DNA of 64,000 bases. Origin: Eledone cirrhosa. Its lineage: Eukaryota. A program made the translations under genes and the position numbers. Below the pieces are notes generated by a model, which saw only the letters and a program-made list of their open reading frames with translations, was not told the origin of the DNA and did not search any database. The DNA lies in the NCBI GenBank assembly GCA_964016885.1, contig OZ024743.1:189906001-189970000 (forward strand), given 5' to 3'. Below, piece by piece: positions 52,282 to 64,000 of the stretch (position 1 is the stretch's first letter; every line of letters begins with the position of its first letter).

Positions 52282-55213
52282 TCCAACATAAATGAAGATA
52301 TATATTTTTTGTAAATCAATCGTTAACAATGATTTTATGATAATCTGGCTGGTTGTATTCTGAATATTATTATTATTATGCACATATTCATGAAAATAAT
52401 ATCTGTCCTCATCATATTTCCTTCTTGCATCACTATAATCCTTATCACCTCCTATCTGCAACTGGTAGACTGAGTCTATATAGTAAATCAACTGTTATAT
52501 AATGATGATAATATAATACCCTGAAGCCTAGATAATTAGGATAAACAGTTTTGAAGAATAATATTTCTCCTTTATACCAATTGTAGAAAATTAATAAAAT
52601 GCAAACCATATAGCTGGATAAATATTAGATTTCTTAAAGAATTCATACAGCAAGTGTAATTTTGTTTCAATTATTTTGATATTTTGCTTCTCTTATTTAT
52701 TCATGAGTTTGAAATTTCATATTGATAAAACAAAGACGTTTTACATAAACTGTATTGAGAAGAGAAAAATAATCTGAAACTAAAAAATGAAATAACTCCA
52801 ATAGTAATTCAATAAGAAATTGTAATTTCATTATCAACTGAAATTTAAATTTCAATGTTTATTGAATTCTGAGGGAAATGACAAAGTGACAAACAATTAC
52901 ATTTTAATCAAAAATTCTTTTCCTTTGTGATTAGAATCCTTGTATCAACAACTGAAATTAACATATTTGTCATCATAGATTTCATAAAAAAAAAGAAAAA
53001 CCCAAAACGATGAAACTTAATGATAATGCATGTAGTTAAAAAGAGAAATGTGTTTATGGATTTGGGGCAGAGTATTTCTCTTTGATGGTAGGTGTAAGGA
53101 AGGAAAATCTCAAGTTAATAAATCTGAAATGTTTTACATAATAAACAAAAATGAAAACAATGGACAGCTTAGGAAAAACGATTAAAGCTTGCATTTTCTT
53201 CTTTTATTTAGTACTGTATATATCTGCATAGTCATATTCACTGTTAAAATCTATCTTAAACAAGAAGATGATATAATATATTGATGATACATTTTCTATT
53301 TTTATTATATTAAAATATCTTAGTTTCTATTTAGAAATATAAAAAAAAAAGAAATAAATTCTTCATCTAAATATCTTGCCTTGTCAGTGAATTTCCATAT
53401 TCAGAAAGAGAAGTGTATGTTCCATAATCTGAATAATGATGGAAATGGAGTTCATTGTTGAAGCTAGAAGAAATATTTTTTACCCCATGTTTCTACTAAA
53501 ATTTTAATTATATAAAATTCATTACATCCTTACTTCTTAGGCTTTCAACTGATTTAACAATAACAAATACAGATAACGTATTTGAAATGAATACAAAAAG
53601 TGATTGAATATTTGGTTCACATCAAAATCAATTCCAAGTTATTGAATCTCATGAATGTTACAGCTTATTTCAAGCTCTCAATTATCTAAATAAAAATGAG
53701 TAGTTTATGGTTAAATTCTGAAATAGTCTCTTATATAAACAACATATGATTAATTTACAAGTTGGGGAACTTTGAAATTTGAAAATATGTTAACCACATT
53801 GTAGATAACTATAACAGATACTTGATAGCTATGAATAACAGGTGAATTAGAGAGACAGAAAAAGGTGGACAGAGTGAATCTCTATTCCCTTTTTTCTATC
53901 TTCAGAAGTACTCTATCTGAGATATTCTACAATTATTTATAGTTATCTAAATGTATTCAAATAGCTTATTAAATATTTGTAACATTTGGAATTAACATTT
54001 AGAATAGCAGATAATAAGCTAATGATTCTACTGCTCAGTTGCATTCTCATCTCATTTATGCTCAAAGCTATGTTTTGTAAGATTATATTTTATATATATA
54101 TCACATTCATGTTCATTTGATTTCACTTTGCATGCTACACAGTTTCTCACACCTTTTCATATAGTTTATGTTTCTTATAAAATGTGACAGGATTTATTTG
54201 TGAACAGAGGTATCAGTTCTCCAAATTAATTCCCCCTAATTCCCATTATGAATTAATTATCTAAACTATCAGTGGAAGATGTTACTTTGCCAGACTATAG
54301 ATAAGAATAAGAACATTGCACACTAACACACAAATAAATGGCTTAGGAAATTTGAAGGAATTAACAACAGAAAATGTAACCACACAATATCCTTAAGTAA
54401 TCTAAATACTTAAATAGAATGTGGTCATGCTCAATTTCCAATTTAGGCATAAGGTCAGAAAAATTGATTAAATTAATCCCATTACCTGTCTAGCACCTTA
54501 TTTATCAACCATTGAACGATAAAAAGCAAAGGTGCCCTTGACCAGAAAAATACCACAATATTTGATGCTCTACCAATTCTGCCAGTCCAGCGACCTTACC
54601 ACTAATATAATTAATCTAGAACAATTTTACTCCTAGTAGCACTGATAACATAATCTCAGCTCTATAATTCCAGTTGTCAATTGTAGAGTGTTGCCATTAA
54701 TAGCAAGTAAAATAATACATTACTGGTAAACTCTATATTACTGGAATAACGTTTTTTTTAAAATTTATTTTCATTCTTTACTTTTTTATTTTGGAAGTAA
54801 AGTAATATTCTTTTGATGAAATATAAATTTTAGTTGAATTCAATTAACTACTCCTAACTGATCTATTAAAATTAATATTAAATAGAAATGTTAAAATGTT
54901 TGATGAGAAAATTAAGCACCATTCAGCTAAGGTTGACTTTGTGACAGGTGAGCACTGATTTACCAGAACAATGATCTAATAGATTATAGCAGCTGTGATA
55001 ATTCCATTAGTCCCTAGGTGTAGTGCACCTCGAATCACACAATACAATGTGGCTTTCAAACATATCAAACAACCACTTAAATCATCACTCATTGACTTGG
55101 TTCACATCATGTTGACAGAATGTGAAACACTGATCACACTTATGGCTACATAGTACAATTTTCACTTAGTTAAAGATGGTTGCAATCCACTAGCAGAGAA
55201 AACAGACATTAAA

Positions 55214-55550
55214 GCTTAGTGGTTAAAGCATTGGTCTTGCAATCGAAAGGTTGTGAGTTCAATTCTCAGACCGAGTGATGTGTTGTTTCCTTGAGCAAGA
55301 CACTTTATTTCACATTGCTCCAGTTTACTCAGCTGTAGAAATGAGATGATAGGGACTGGGGTCCATATAATTCCACTGCAAAGTGGTCATGGAGGTGCCA
55401 TGGCAAAAAAGCACCCAGCACTCACTGTAAATGAGGTTGGTGTTAGGAAGGGCATCCAGCTGTAGAAATCAAGCCAGAATAAGTTCCCCTCCCACCCTTG
55501 CAAGCAGGGAAAAAGCGGACGTAAAATGAAATGTTGATGATGATGATGAT
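55214..55550 (+). mobile_element. tRNA-derived SINE family 2
   Basis: Matches 44417-44744; (ATG)n tail. Confidence 0.88.
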
Positions 55551-55618
55551 ATATATATATATACACATTCATACCCACGCACACACAAATATATATATAT
55601 ATATATATACACACACAG

Positions 55619-55698
<80 letters not shown>

Positions 55699-56834
55699 AA
55701 AATAGAAAAGAGAAAGAGAGAGAAAGGGGAGAAAGAAGAAAAGAGAGAAAAAGAAAGGAAGAGAGAGATTGATAGAAGAAAATATATCTATCTAGTATGG
55801 CTTCTGTCTGTAAAGTTCTTTTGATGAAATTATTAGAAATATTGAAAATAGAAAGTCTTAGAAATATAAGTTAATAAAAAGAAATTATGCATCTCACTTC
55901 TATATGTATTTAAATATAATACACACAGATATATGCATAAACATATGCAGGAGGAAAAGTGCAGTGATTATATCAGTTATCATTATCATCGTCATTTACT
56001 GCCTGGTTTCCCTGCTAGCATGGATTGGACAGATCTTCACAGACCAAATCAGTACTCACGTGGGGTGTTCACATCTACTTTAGATACAGTCCCATGCTGT
56101 ATCATGTGCATTTTATCGTGAGACCAGCTCTGAAGAGATTGTAATGTTCTCCCAATTTTTTGTTTGGTAAGCTTCTTACAGCTGAATGCCCTTCCTATAA
56201 CTAGCCACTTTACAGCATGTACCTGGTATGTTTCATGAAGATCACCAGCATTAGAGAGGTTATCTTGCTGTTGACACTACTAAAGGGTTCCCTCAACCAT
56301 TTTTGCATGGTTTCTACAGCAGGCCGCACTTCCTATTGCCAACCATCTTACAGGGTGTACTGGGTGTATTTTCATGGCACCAACACTAGAGAAGTTGGCA
56401 GTTCTTGTCCCAACTGAAGAGCTTTATCTGCTCTGTGGGGCTGGAGTGGAAGATGTTTTAAATGTATAGCTTTCAATGTGAGATTTGACAGGATGATGAG
56501 TTAGAAGGAAGGGGCAATCTCCAATAAAATAGTGTAAGAAGTAACAGGTGTATTAGGATATTTAGAGAGAGGAGGTAGTAATGGTGAGATAGCTATATAG
56601 GTGATAGTGGTGGGGGAGTAGGTGGAGTGGTAGATAGTGTGGGTGGGTGGTAGAATGCACCACAACAGTGAGTAGAAAATATCTAAGGAGTGGTAATGTA
56701 GGGAGCAGGGATGGAGTGGGGAGCACAGGTTTGGAGAAGGCTGCTGCAAAGGTGTGATAGTGAGGATCTCCAAAGAGTGATAGTGGAAGTGACATGGATG
56801 GGATGGGTGAGCAGAGAGGGTGAGGACAGGTCCC

Positions 56835-57340
56835 AACCACTGTCAGCTTTCATACACATCACATGTCAATACCAATGTAGTATTTTCTTTTGCAAACTAT
56901 ATCCAATTTCTCTTTTGCCAAGTTTTCCTCCCAGCACACTAATATTACACATTTATTGGAGCATACTTGCTTGATTTGTTTTCTAGCCTTTGCATGTTTT
57001 CTGTGATGAAAATACGTGTCTCACTGTCATGTAGCATTGCAGCTTACAACCAAGCATCATACTATCTATCCTTCACTTTAAGAGAGAAGGCCCTTATTGT
57101 CAGCTGGTACCAGCTCCCTAAACTTCTTGCAGCCTATTCTCATCCTTGATCAGAGCATCTTCCCCCATTGCTGATTAGGCCACCTAGGTAACAAAATCCA
57201 TCATCAAATTCTAAGGAGCCTTCCTGGTAACTGAAGGAATCTATTTCACATGTTTTCTTACTGCTTTCTTCTTCTGTGCATCTGCCACACACATCTTTTG
57301 CATTAACACGCTTACAACCCCATTTTATCTCTAGTGCATC
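56835..57340 (-). pseudogene. RTE-type LINE 3' remnant
   Basis: CGRC...FCYLGGLISNGG motifs; homologous to 60080-60730. Confidence 0.7.
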
Positions 57341-58595
57341 CATAGATTATACTGTGTGCATCAAATAGATTTTCTGCCAATTGTTTTGTCATAAGTTTGC
57401 AGCAAGTCTTCTTCTTCTTGGGGGAACAGAATCTAGAGACATGTATTCCAGAACCTTCTATTGGAAGCAAACATCACCAAATGATCAGGCAGGATCCCAA
57501 AGCATGATCAGCCGAGGTTATGAGTTTTATTCAATTATCTTTCTCATGGTCTCTCTCTTCTGCCAGTTGGTCTTACCCATAACATCTGTCCTATGATTCT
57601 TTCCTCGGCCATTCTAACGGTATGTCTCTAGTGTTGGAGCTTTGACCTCTCAATATGGAAAAATAGATTAACCTGTAGAGTTCCTGATCTCTGAGCTATG
57701 CAACTTATCAAGTAATGTTATTCCAGATACCTTTCTGAGGAACCTATTTTGGCTGTTTATATTCACAATCATATACTCTCAGTCAAGATTTATGACCATA
57801 GGTAAATGTAGGTATGAATACTGAATTGAAGATAGTGAGTTTGGTTTTTATATCTATTTCCCTTTTTTTATTATGCTGTGTAAAAGCTGATGCATTATTA
57901 CACCAGCTTCAGTGATTCTTGCATTTAATTCAGGTCTTTTGTTGTCTTTCATCAAGAAATATATTAAAACCTTGCTTATAGATATTATAAACATTTGAAT
58001 TAACAAACTCAGTTTAAGATATTTATTGCTACATCATTACAGGATGTTATCATTTAATAAGAGCTATTGATATCAATATAAGATAAATTTTCTCCCTGAA
58101 AAATATGCAGTGTGTGTGAAGTAAAATTAAAATATTTGAAGTTACAGAAAACAAAATTTATTCTTTATTTTCTGTAATTGCACTTACTGACACTATCAGT
58201 CTTGGTTAGGCTTGAAATATTTATCAGCATCTTCAATTTACACCAATAATATATCCTAATGACTTTACATTCAAATAAAACTAATATCTCAAAAGTTTAA
58301 GTGTGATTCTAACTTAATTATGCAAATGTATGTATTCTATTTGGTTTAGTAATGAAGCTACTAATATTTTTAAACTGATTGCCACATTGCTCATATTTAA
58401 ACGTCAATATTTAAAAGGAGGATATTTGCATGTGAATAAGTATTTGGTTACCTGGTTCATATGAATCCAGAAACAGTACTATCTTTGGCTAGCTTGTTAC
58501 TCTAGTCAATCTCAGAATGTCTTTTATTTTTATTTATTTATTTCATAGATAGTGTATAAGGCACAGCTTTCATGATAGTAAAACTTGGAGGAATC

Positions 58596-58850
58596 TTCTT
58601 CTTCTTCTTCTTCTTTGCCCACTTATTCCTGAGATGGTCGTGGGGGCAGACCCCTCAAACATTCCTTCCAGCGGATCCTGTCAGAAGTAACCATCCCCAA
58701 CTGATCCAGCTGGATCTCCAGGCCTGACCAACCAAACTCATGGATATTATCCAACCTTCTTGCTCGAGGTCTACTCTTGGGTCTCTTGCCAGTTGGTTTT
58801 GTCTATAAAATCTGTCCAGCGATTCTTTCCTGAGACATGTCCATAGTACC
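58596..58850 (-). pseudogene. LINE 3' end with (AAG)n tail
   Basis: ARQIL..KPTGKRPK..PR.RW-like translation followed by (AAG)n. Confidence 0.55.
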
Positions 58851-59343
58851 TGGAGGATAGGTATATGCCATTATGCCATTAATGTTGCATACACTAGGCA
58901 AAGTTCAAGTTTACAAATAAATCCTATGTTCCTTATTGCTGATACTATAAACGGGTTCTTTTTCTCCTTTGGAACAGTTTTTATGAAAATTTGATGGATG
59001 TAATAGTCCTGACAAATTTCTTTTGATAGATGCAGATGCAAATTTATTTACCTAATCTAATTCTTTGTATTTGAAAGCTCCATCATATACATAAATGTGT
59101 ATCCATAGGATTACTACTAATGGTATCATAAATCAAATCTTATACTACCAGCAGAGGTTTTCATATTCACAGTTGGCTTTACTACAGATATAACTACATA
59201 ATGTTATTTCATGTATATTGAAAGCTTAATTTTAATGGTGTTATCAAAAATCCTGACATCTGTCTGTGACATAGAGAAAATCTTTGACAAAGCAAACTAG
59301 TCACTTCTCTTATACCAGAACATCAAATATTATGAATGCTATT

Positions 59344-59378
<35 letters not shown>

Positions 59379-59575
59379 CAGTGGGGTTTAATTAATGCCA
59401 AAGCATTCTTTGGGTGAATACAAGCTAGACAAATTAATATTAGAAGGTTTTGCTTACATCGTCTCCCTCACTATGAACCTGTCATGCTGTCCTGATATAC
59501 ACCATTCAATAAGTAGTCAAATGATGCATGTGTTATTCAACACACCATGCTGAATATTTTTCTATTTCCAAATAA

Positions 59576-59816
59576 TCCCTCTGATGAATAAATTTCTTCC
59601 AATATTGGTTATCTTAATTTATTAGGATAATTAATTGTTTCTACTTTTGGCACAAAGCTAGCAATTATCCCAGTGCATTACTGGTACTTTATTTTATTGA
59701 GCCCGTAAGGATGAAACGCAAAGTTAACCTCAGCAGGATTTGAACTCAGACCGAAAAGGGACATAACTCTAGGATAATTAATATTGTTTATTAATTCCAG
59801 AAACTGCAATTAGGGA
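59576..59816 (+). ncRNA. Degenerate hammerhead ribozyme interrupted by a SINE in stem II
   Basis: tccct-CTGATGA...GAAA-CTGCAA-TT-aggga; SINE 59636-59769 (minus) with TSD taggataattaat. Confidence 0.6.
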
Positions 59817-60079
59817 CAAGAAATGAGGGAAAAACCTAGTATTCAATTGTCTAGCTTGTATTTGCTCTAATGGATGTTTTGGCATTTGTTAACCCATTTT
59901 AAAAGCTGTTCTGATTTGATGCTTATCTCTTCACTGAGATGTCCAAGTATATTAGTGACAAATAACTTTCTTTTTGATGTACATGCATATCTATATCTAT
60001 ATCTATACAATAATAATAATAATAATAATGAGCCACACAATTTGATACTGTCTAGGATCATATATATATATATATCCTA

Positions 60080-60730
60080 AATGCAAATAAGGGTATGCAA
60101 GAGATGTAGTAGTATCTCAGGAAGTTTAGCTATGAATGTAGGCTTTACATGTAGCAGCTGCACTGGGACAGTAAGCGGCAAATGACCACAAGAAACAAGC
60201 ACTACCAAATTCTGGAAGGACTGGGTAGACACAGTATACATCTCCTGTTACTTATGTGACTGAATTAGCAACACGGATGGGTGTTCTGAAAGTAAAGTAG
60301 CCAGAGTAAGAACGGGATGGAAGAAGTTCAGGGAGCTACTAGCACTGCTAGCTGCAAAGGGCTTTTTCCTCAAAATGAAAAGCAGACTGTATGATGCATG
60401 AATACGAATAGTAATGCTGCATGGCAGTGAGACATGGGCGCTGTGTACAGAAGACTGCATAGATTGGATAGATATGAAGCTTGCATGCTTCGATGGATGT
60501 GTAATAGTAATATAAATGAACAGCAAAGCATAAACGAATTGAAAGAGAAACTAGGCATAAAAGGAATCAAATATTGTGTGTAAGAGAGGAGACTGTGTTG
60601 GTATGGACATGTGATGCATATGAAGGATGACAGCTGCATAAAAAGGTACAGAGCACTCAAAGTCCATTGGAGCCTTGGAGTGGAGAAACGCAGGAAGACT
60701 TGGGATGAAGTGATAAAATTGACCTTGCCC
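60080..60730 (+). pseudogene. RTE-type LINE 3' remnant
   Basis: RVRTGWKKFREL, MLHGSETW, MLRWMC, WYGHV, RKTWDEV. Confidence 0.85.
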
Positions 60731-60865
60731 AATTGCCTCTCTCAAAGGCGAAGTAACAGGCCGAAACTGCAGGCCGAAACTGAAGCATATACAGTATGCA
60801 CCACTCCACAACACACTCCCATATAACTACCATGAGTGTAGTACGAAGTATATATCCAGTGAAGC

Positions 60866-61240
60866 TCCCAGCCCACACTGTAAAGTGGTCGTAATGGTGA
60901 CATGGCAAAAAGCGCCCAGCTCACACTGTAAAGTGGTCGTAATGGTGACATGGCAAAAAGCACCCAGTTCACACTGTAAAGTGGTTGTGTAAGTGTCACA
61001 AAAAGCATGTAGTCCACAATGTGAAGTGGTAGTGTGGGTGTCACGACAAAAAGCACCCAGTACTCACTGTAAATTAGGTTGGTGTTAGGAAGTTTTCCAG
61101 CTATAGAAACCAAGCCAAAAATAGTCCTGTTTGAATAAGGCATGGTCATCTGACCTAGCATTGCCTACAATAGGACAACCTATCTAACCCATGCTAGCAT
61201 GGAAAAATTGATGTAAAACGGTGATGATGATGATGATGAT
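60866..61240 (+). repeat. ~48-bp minisatellite expansion within a SINE family 2-like 3' tail
   Basis: About five copies of cagctcacactgtaaagtggtcgtaatggtgacatggcaaaaagc, then the SINE tail and (ATG)n. Confidence 0.75.
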
Positions 61241-64000
61241 ACATACACATACATTGTGTCTCTATCTGTTTCTGAAAGAGCATTAGAGTAGGGTAATGAA
61301 CTGCACTTATTAGGATTATATCATTATCAGTACTCTAAGGTCAGATGTATGGTGTCAGAAGATGCCTGAGTTGGAGTGGTGTTTCAGCTGCACCCTGCAT
61401 ACAAAATGGCTAGGTATTTCAGTTAGGAAGCGGCCATGAAACACTTTTTGATTGAACTGCTTACTTAAATCTCTTTTTGTAATAGCCCTCAGTTATAATT
61501 TCTTTGTTTATAATTATAGTTTCAAGATAAATACTTTAACTCCTTACTTTCCTTTCTAATACAGTCATCAATAATATATAATCATTCACTACTCATATCA
61601 ATTTTTCATGTACTAACTTCAAAGATAAAATTGTTTTCTCTTCAGCATTATCAAGAATTTGTAATTATATAGTTCAAGGTTGAGGTCTGTAAGGTCTCTA
61701 CATGTCTTCATTCATTAGAGAGAGATGCAGTTGATATTCAATATGAATATTTCTAGGTAGATACATGAAGGTTAAGCATGAGGAAGTGAATGGCTACAGA
61801 TTAGAAAAAGAAGTATTACACAAAGTGTTAGTACAGTTTGTGGTGTGTGACACAATAGAGATATAAATATCTGAGAGATAAAATGAAATGGATTTCAGTG
61901 GAGGCAGTAAACAGCTTGCTCATTCATTAAACCAGGAAGAGAAAGGACACATGTCAGTGTGGTAGTGTTTTTATGTTGGTTGGTTGGTTTGTGAAGACTT
62001 TCAAATCAATTGTATTAGCCTTTCTCTGGATGTGAACTAATTTGCTTGTGTATAACAATAACATCATCCAAAAATATATGAGAAGTACTCTATAATGGTT
62101 ACAGTTGTTCATTCTAGAGGGTGATCAGTTGTGAAGCTAATTTTGTGGGCCTGAAAAGGAGGCCTTGTCTAGGTGCTGTAGTTAGACTGCATAGTGGAGA
62201 TGCAACTTATAGTATATTCTAAAGCTAAGTGTAAAATTTACTTGTGCTTATGTAGAATTTTTCTTCTAAATCTAATCAATATTTTTGAAGTATTAATTAT
62301 GAGTTGTGTCAAAAAAATGAAAGTGTAAGAGAGATCACACATCTCCTTTGTCTCAAATTGAGTTAACTATGATATTATTAAACCTTATCTTTCATCTTCA
62401 TTTATTATTTTAGGGTTGTTCTTCCCTATAAGTTTTCTTCTACATAAACCATAGATGAATGGTTGGCTTACTCCAGAATTTCTTCCATATAACATTTGTT
62501 ACACATACATTTTAGTAAGATTGAATCTGTGGGATGTAAATTACTTTTTGACAAGTATAAGTTTTCTCCACATATTTTGCTGTGTTATTCTGACACCTTT
62601 TGTACAGGCACTTAGAATAGTATGCTACAATTAATAATATTATTCATTTGCTCACTTCCTCCCAAACACAAATCATCAGACCTGCCAACCTATAAAAACT
62701 CAAACGTGAAATAAAGTGGCCCCAAACAAGGAGAAATGAGGCAAAATGGGAAGATTTTATATAATGAAAGCTATAACCATTTTCACAAAAGAAGACATCT
62801 CCCACCCATCCCAAAGTGGAGATCTGACAGGTCTGAATCATAATAACTGACTATTTCTTTTTAGAAGGATTTTAATATCAGTTTTCTTATGTATATACAC
62901 ATATAATTGCTGTTATTTAGTGTTAATTCATTAAACTATAAGGTCCCAATAATTTATCAACAACAAAGATCTTGTGTGTGTGTATGCCCACATGTGTGAT
63001 GTGTGAGACTGAGTGAGTGTGTTTATATGTGTGTGTGTGAGGGGGGAGTTGACAGTAAGTATATATCTTGTTGGATGAAATAAATTGTCAAAACTGGAAA
63101 GTGTTCTATTTGTATCAAAATAAATTTTTAATGCTTTTACTGCTTACAATATAATACATTTTCAGCATTAACTTCCGGAGTGCTATTAAACAACAATGTG
63201 CTAACTTTGGTTAGATTATTATAAAGATAAAAATACCCAAATAATTTATTTATAATTCTTATTTTTTTAACCATTTTCAGCTTATTCAAACATCTAAACA
63301 GCATTTGATTCATCGAAATGTTGCTTAACACTAAAGAATATTTAAAACAGTATGCCTTTGCCTTCTGTGTGCGGTGGGAAATGAAATTTTGTTTTTATCT
63401 ATTACCTTTTTATTGATCTTCAGAAGCTTGTATTCAAATCTTCTTCTGTATCCCCCAAAGCAATTCATTCAAATACAATTTATGTATATAATTCACAACA
63501 GATTTACAATGTATTCTAAGTTTTAATCTTTCTGGCATTTTCTTTCTGTACATTCTGAATATTCAAGCTTCACCTTCACTGAAACTATTTCAGTTTCCAT
63601 ATATAAATTTCTCTTTCTTTGAATTTAGTAGTGGACAGTGTATGCCCCTAGCTCTTTATGAAATTCAAAGTCATATTGGTTATTAGCTCATAACATGAAA
63701 GTATGTTCCCAAATAATATTACTTTTTTCCTCTTATTTACAAAACAGGTCTTCCATGTGAAGAATGGTACAAAATGGGTACCCTTTCAGTAAAGAGAATG
63801 AAAATAGAATTAATTGGGAAACTGAGGATGATAGAAAATGCTAGCAAAATAGATAAAATAGAATTTGATAAAATTAGAAGTCATATGTATAGTGATGTAA
63901 AATTCGATGGCACCGAAAACTGCTGCTAACTCATCTAAATGTGGCTAGCATAGTAAAAAATGATTCTTTTTAATTTCATTCTTTTAGTTATTATATTTTG

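Noticed and set aside
52270-52491. Possible host exon (IGGDKDYSDARRKYDEDRYYFHE)
   Set aside because: No recognisable domain or clear splice donor; cannot be supported without RNA-seq
62644-63620. Possible coding remnants on the minus strand
   Set aside because: No motif recognised and frequent stops

Overview
AT-rich, microsatellite-dense eukaryotic DNA with no recognisable host protein-coding gene. The SINE/RTE/Penelope content and (TA)n/(CA)n density look like an octopus or other coleoid cephalopod genome (inference). Almost everything identifiable is mobile DNA: four Penelope-like (PLE, Naiad-type) RT copies, RTE, CRE and CR1/Jockey-group LINE remnants, a deleted mariner, two Helitrons, a small LTR element and many tRNA-derived SINEs. 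The main discovery is a hammerhead-ribozyme (HHR) system. A non-coding ~415-434 bp unit, tandemly repeated at 1-3153 and found again at 34581-35020 and 37057-40005, carries one minimal type I HHR per unit (acgttg-CTGACGA-t-agct-aata-agct-t-GAAA-CTAG-TA-cagcgt) with a long extended stem I and a highly self-complementary body. This matches a non-LTR retrozyme (circular-RNA-producing, probably PLE-mobilised) family. More than ten other HHR motifs from different families sit in short (TA)n-flanked PLE terminal repeats, often in inverted pairs, including non-canonical cores (CCGACGA, CAGTTGA) and very long stem II variants. All structures were read by eye; none is experimentally tested, and coordinates of old remnants are approximate.
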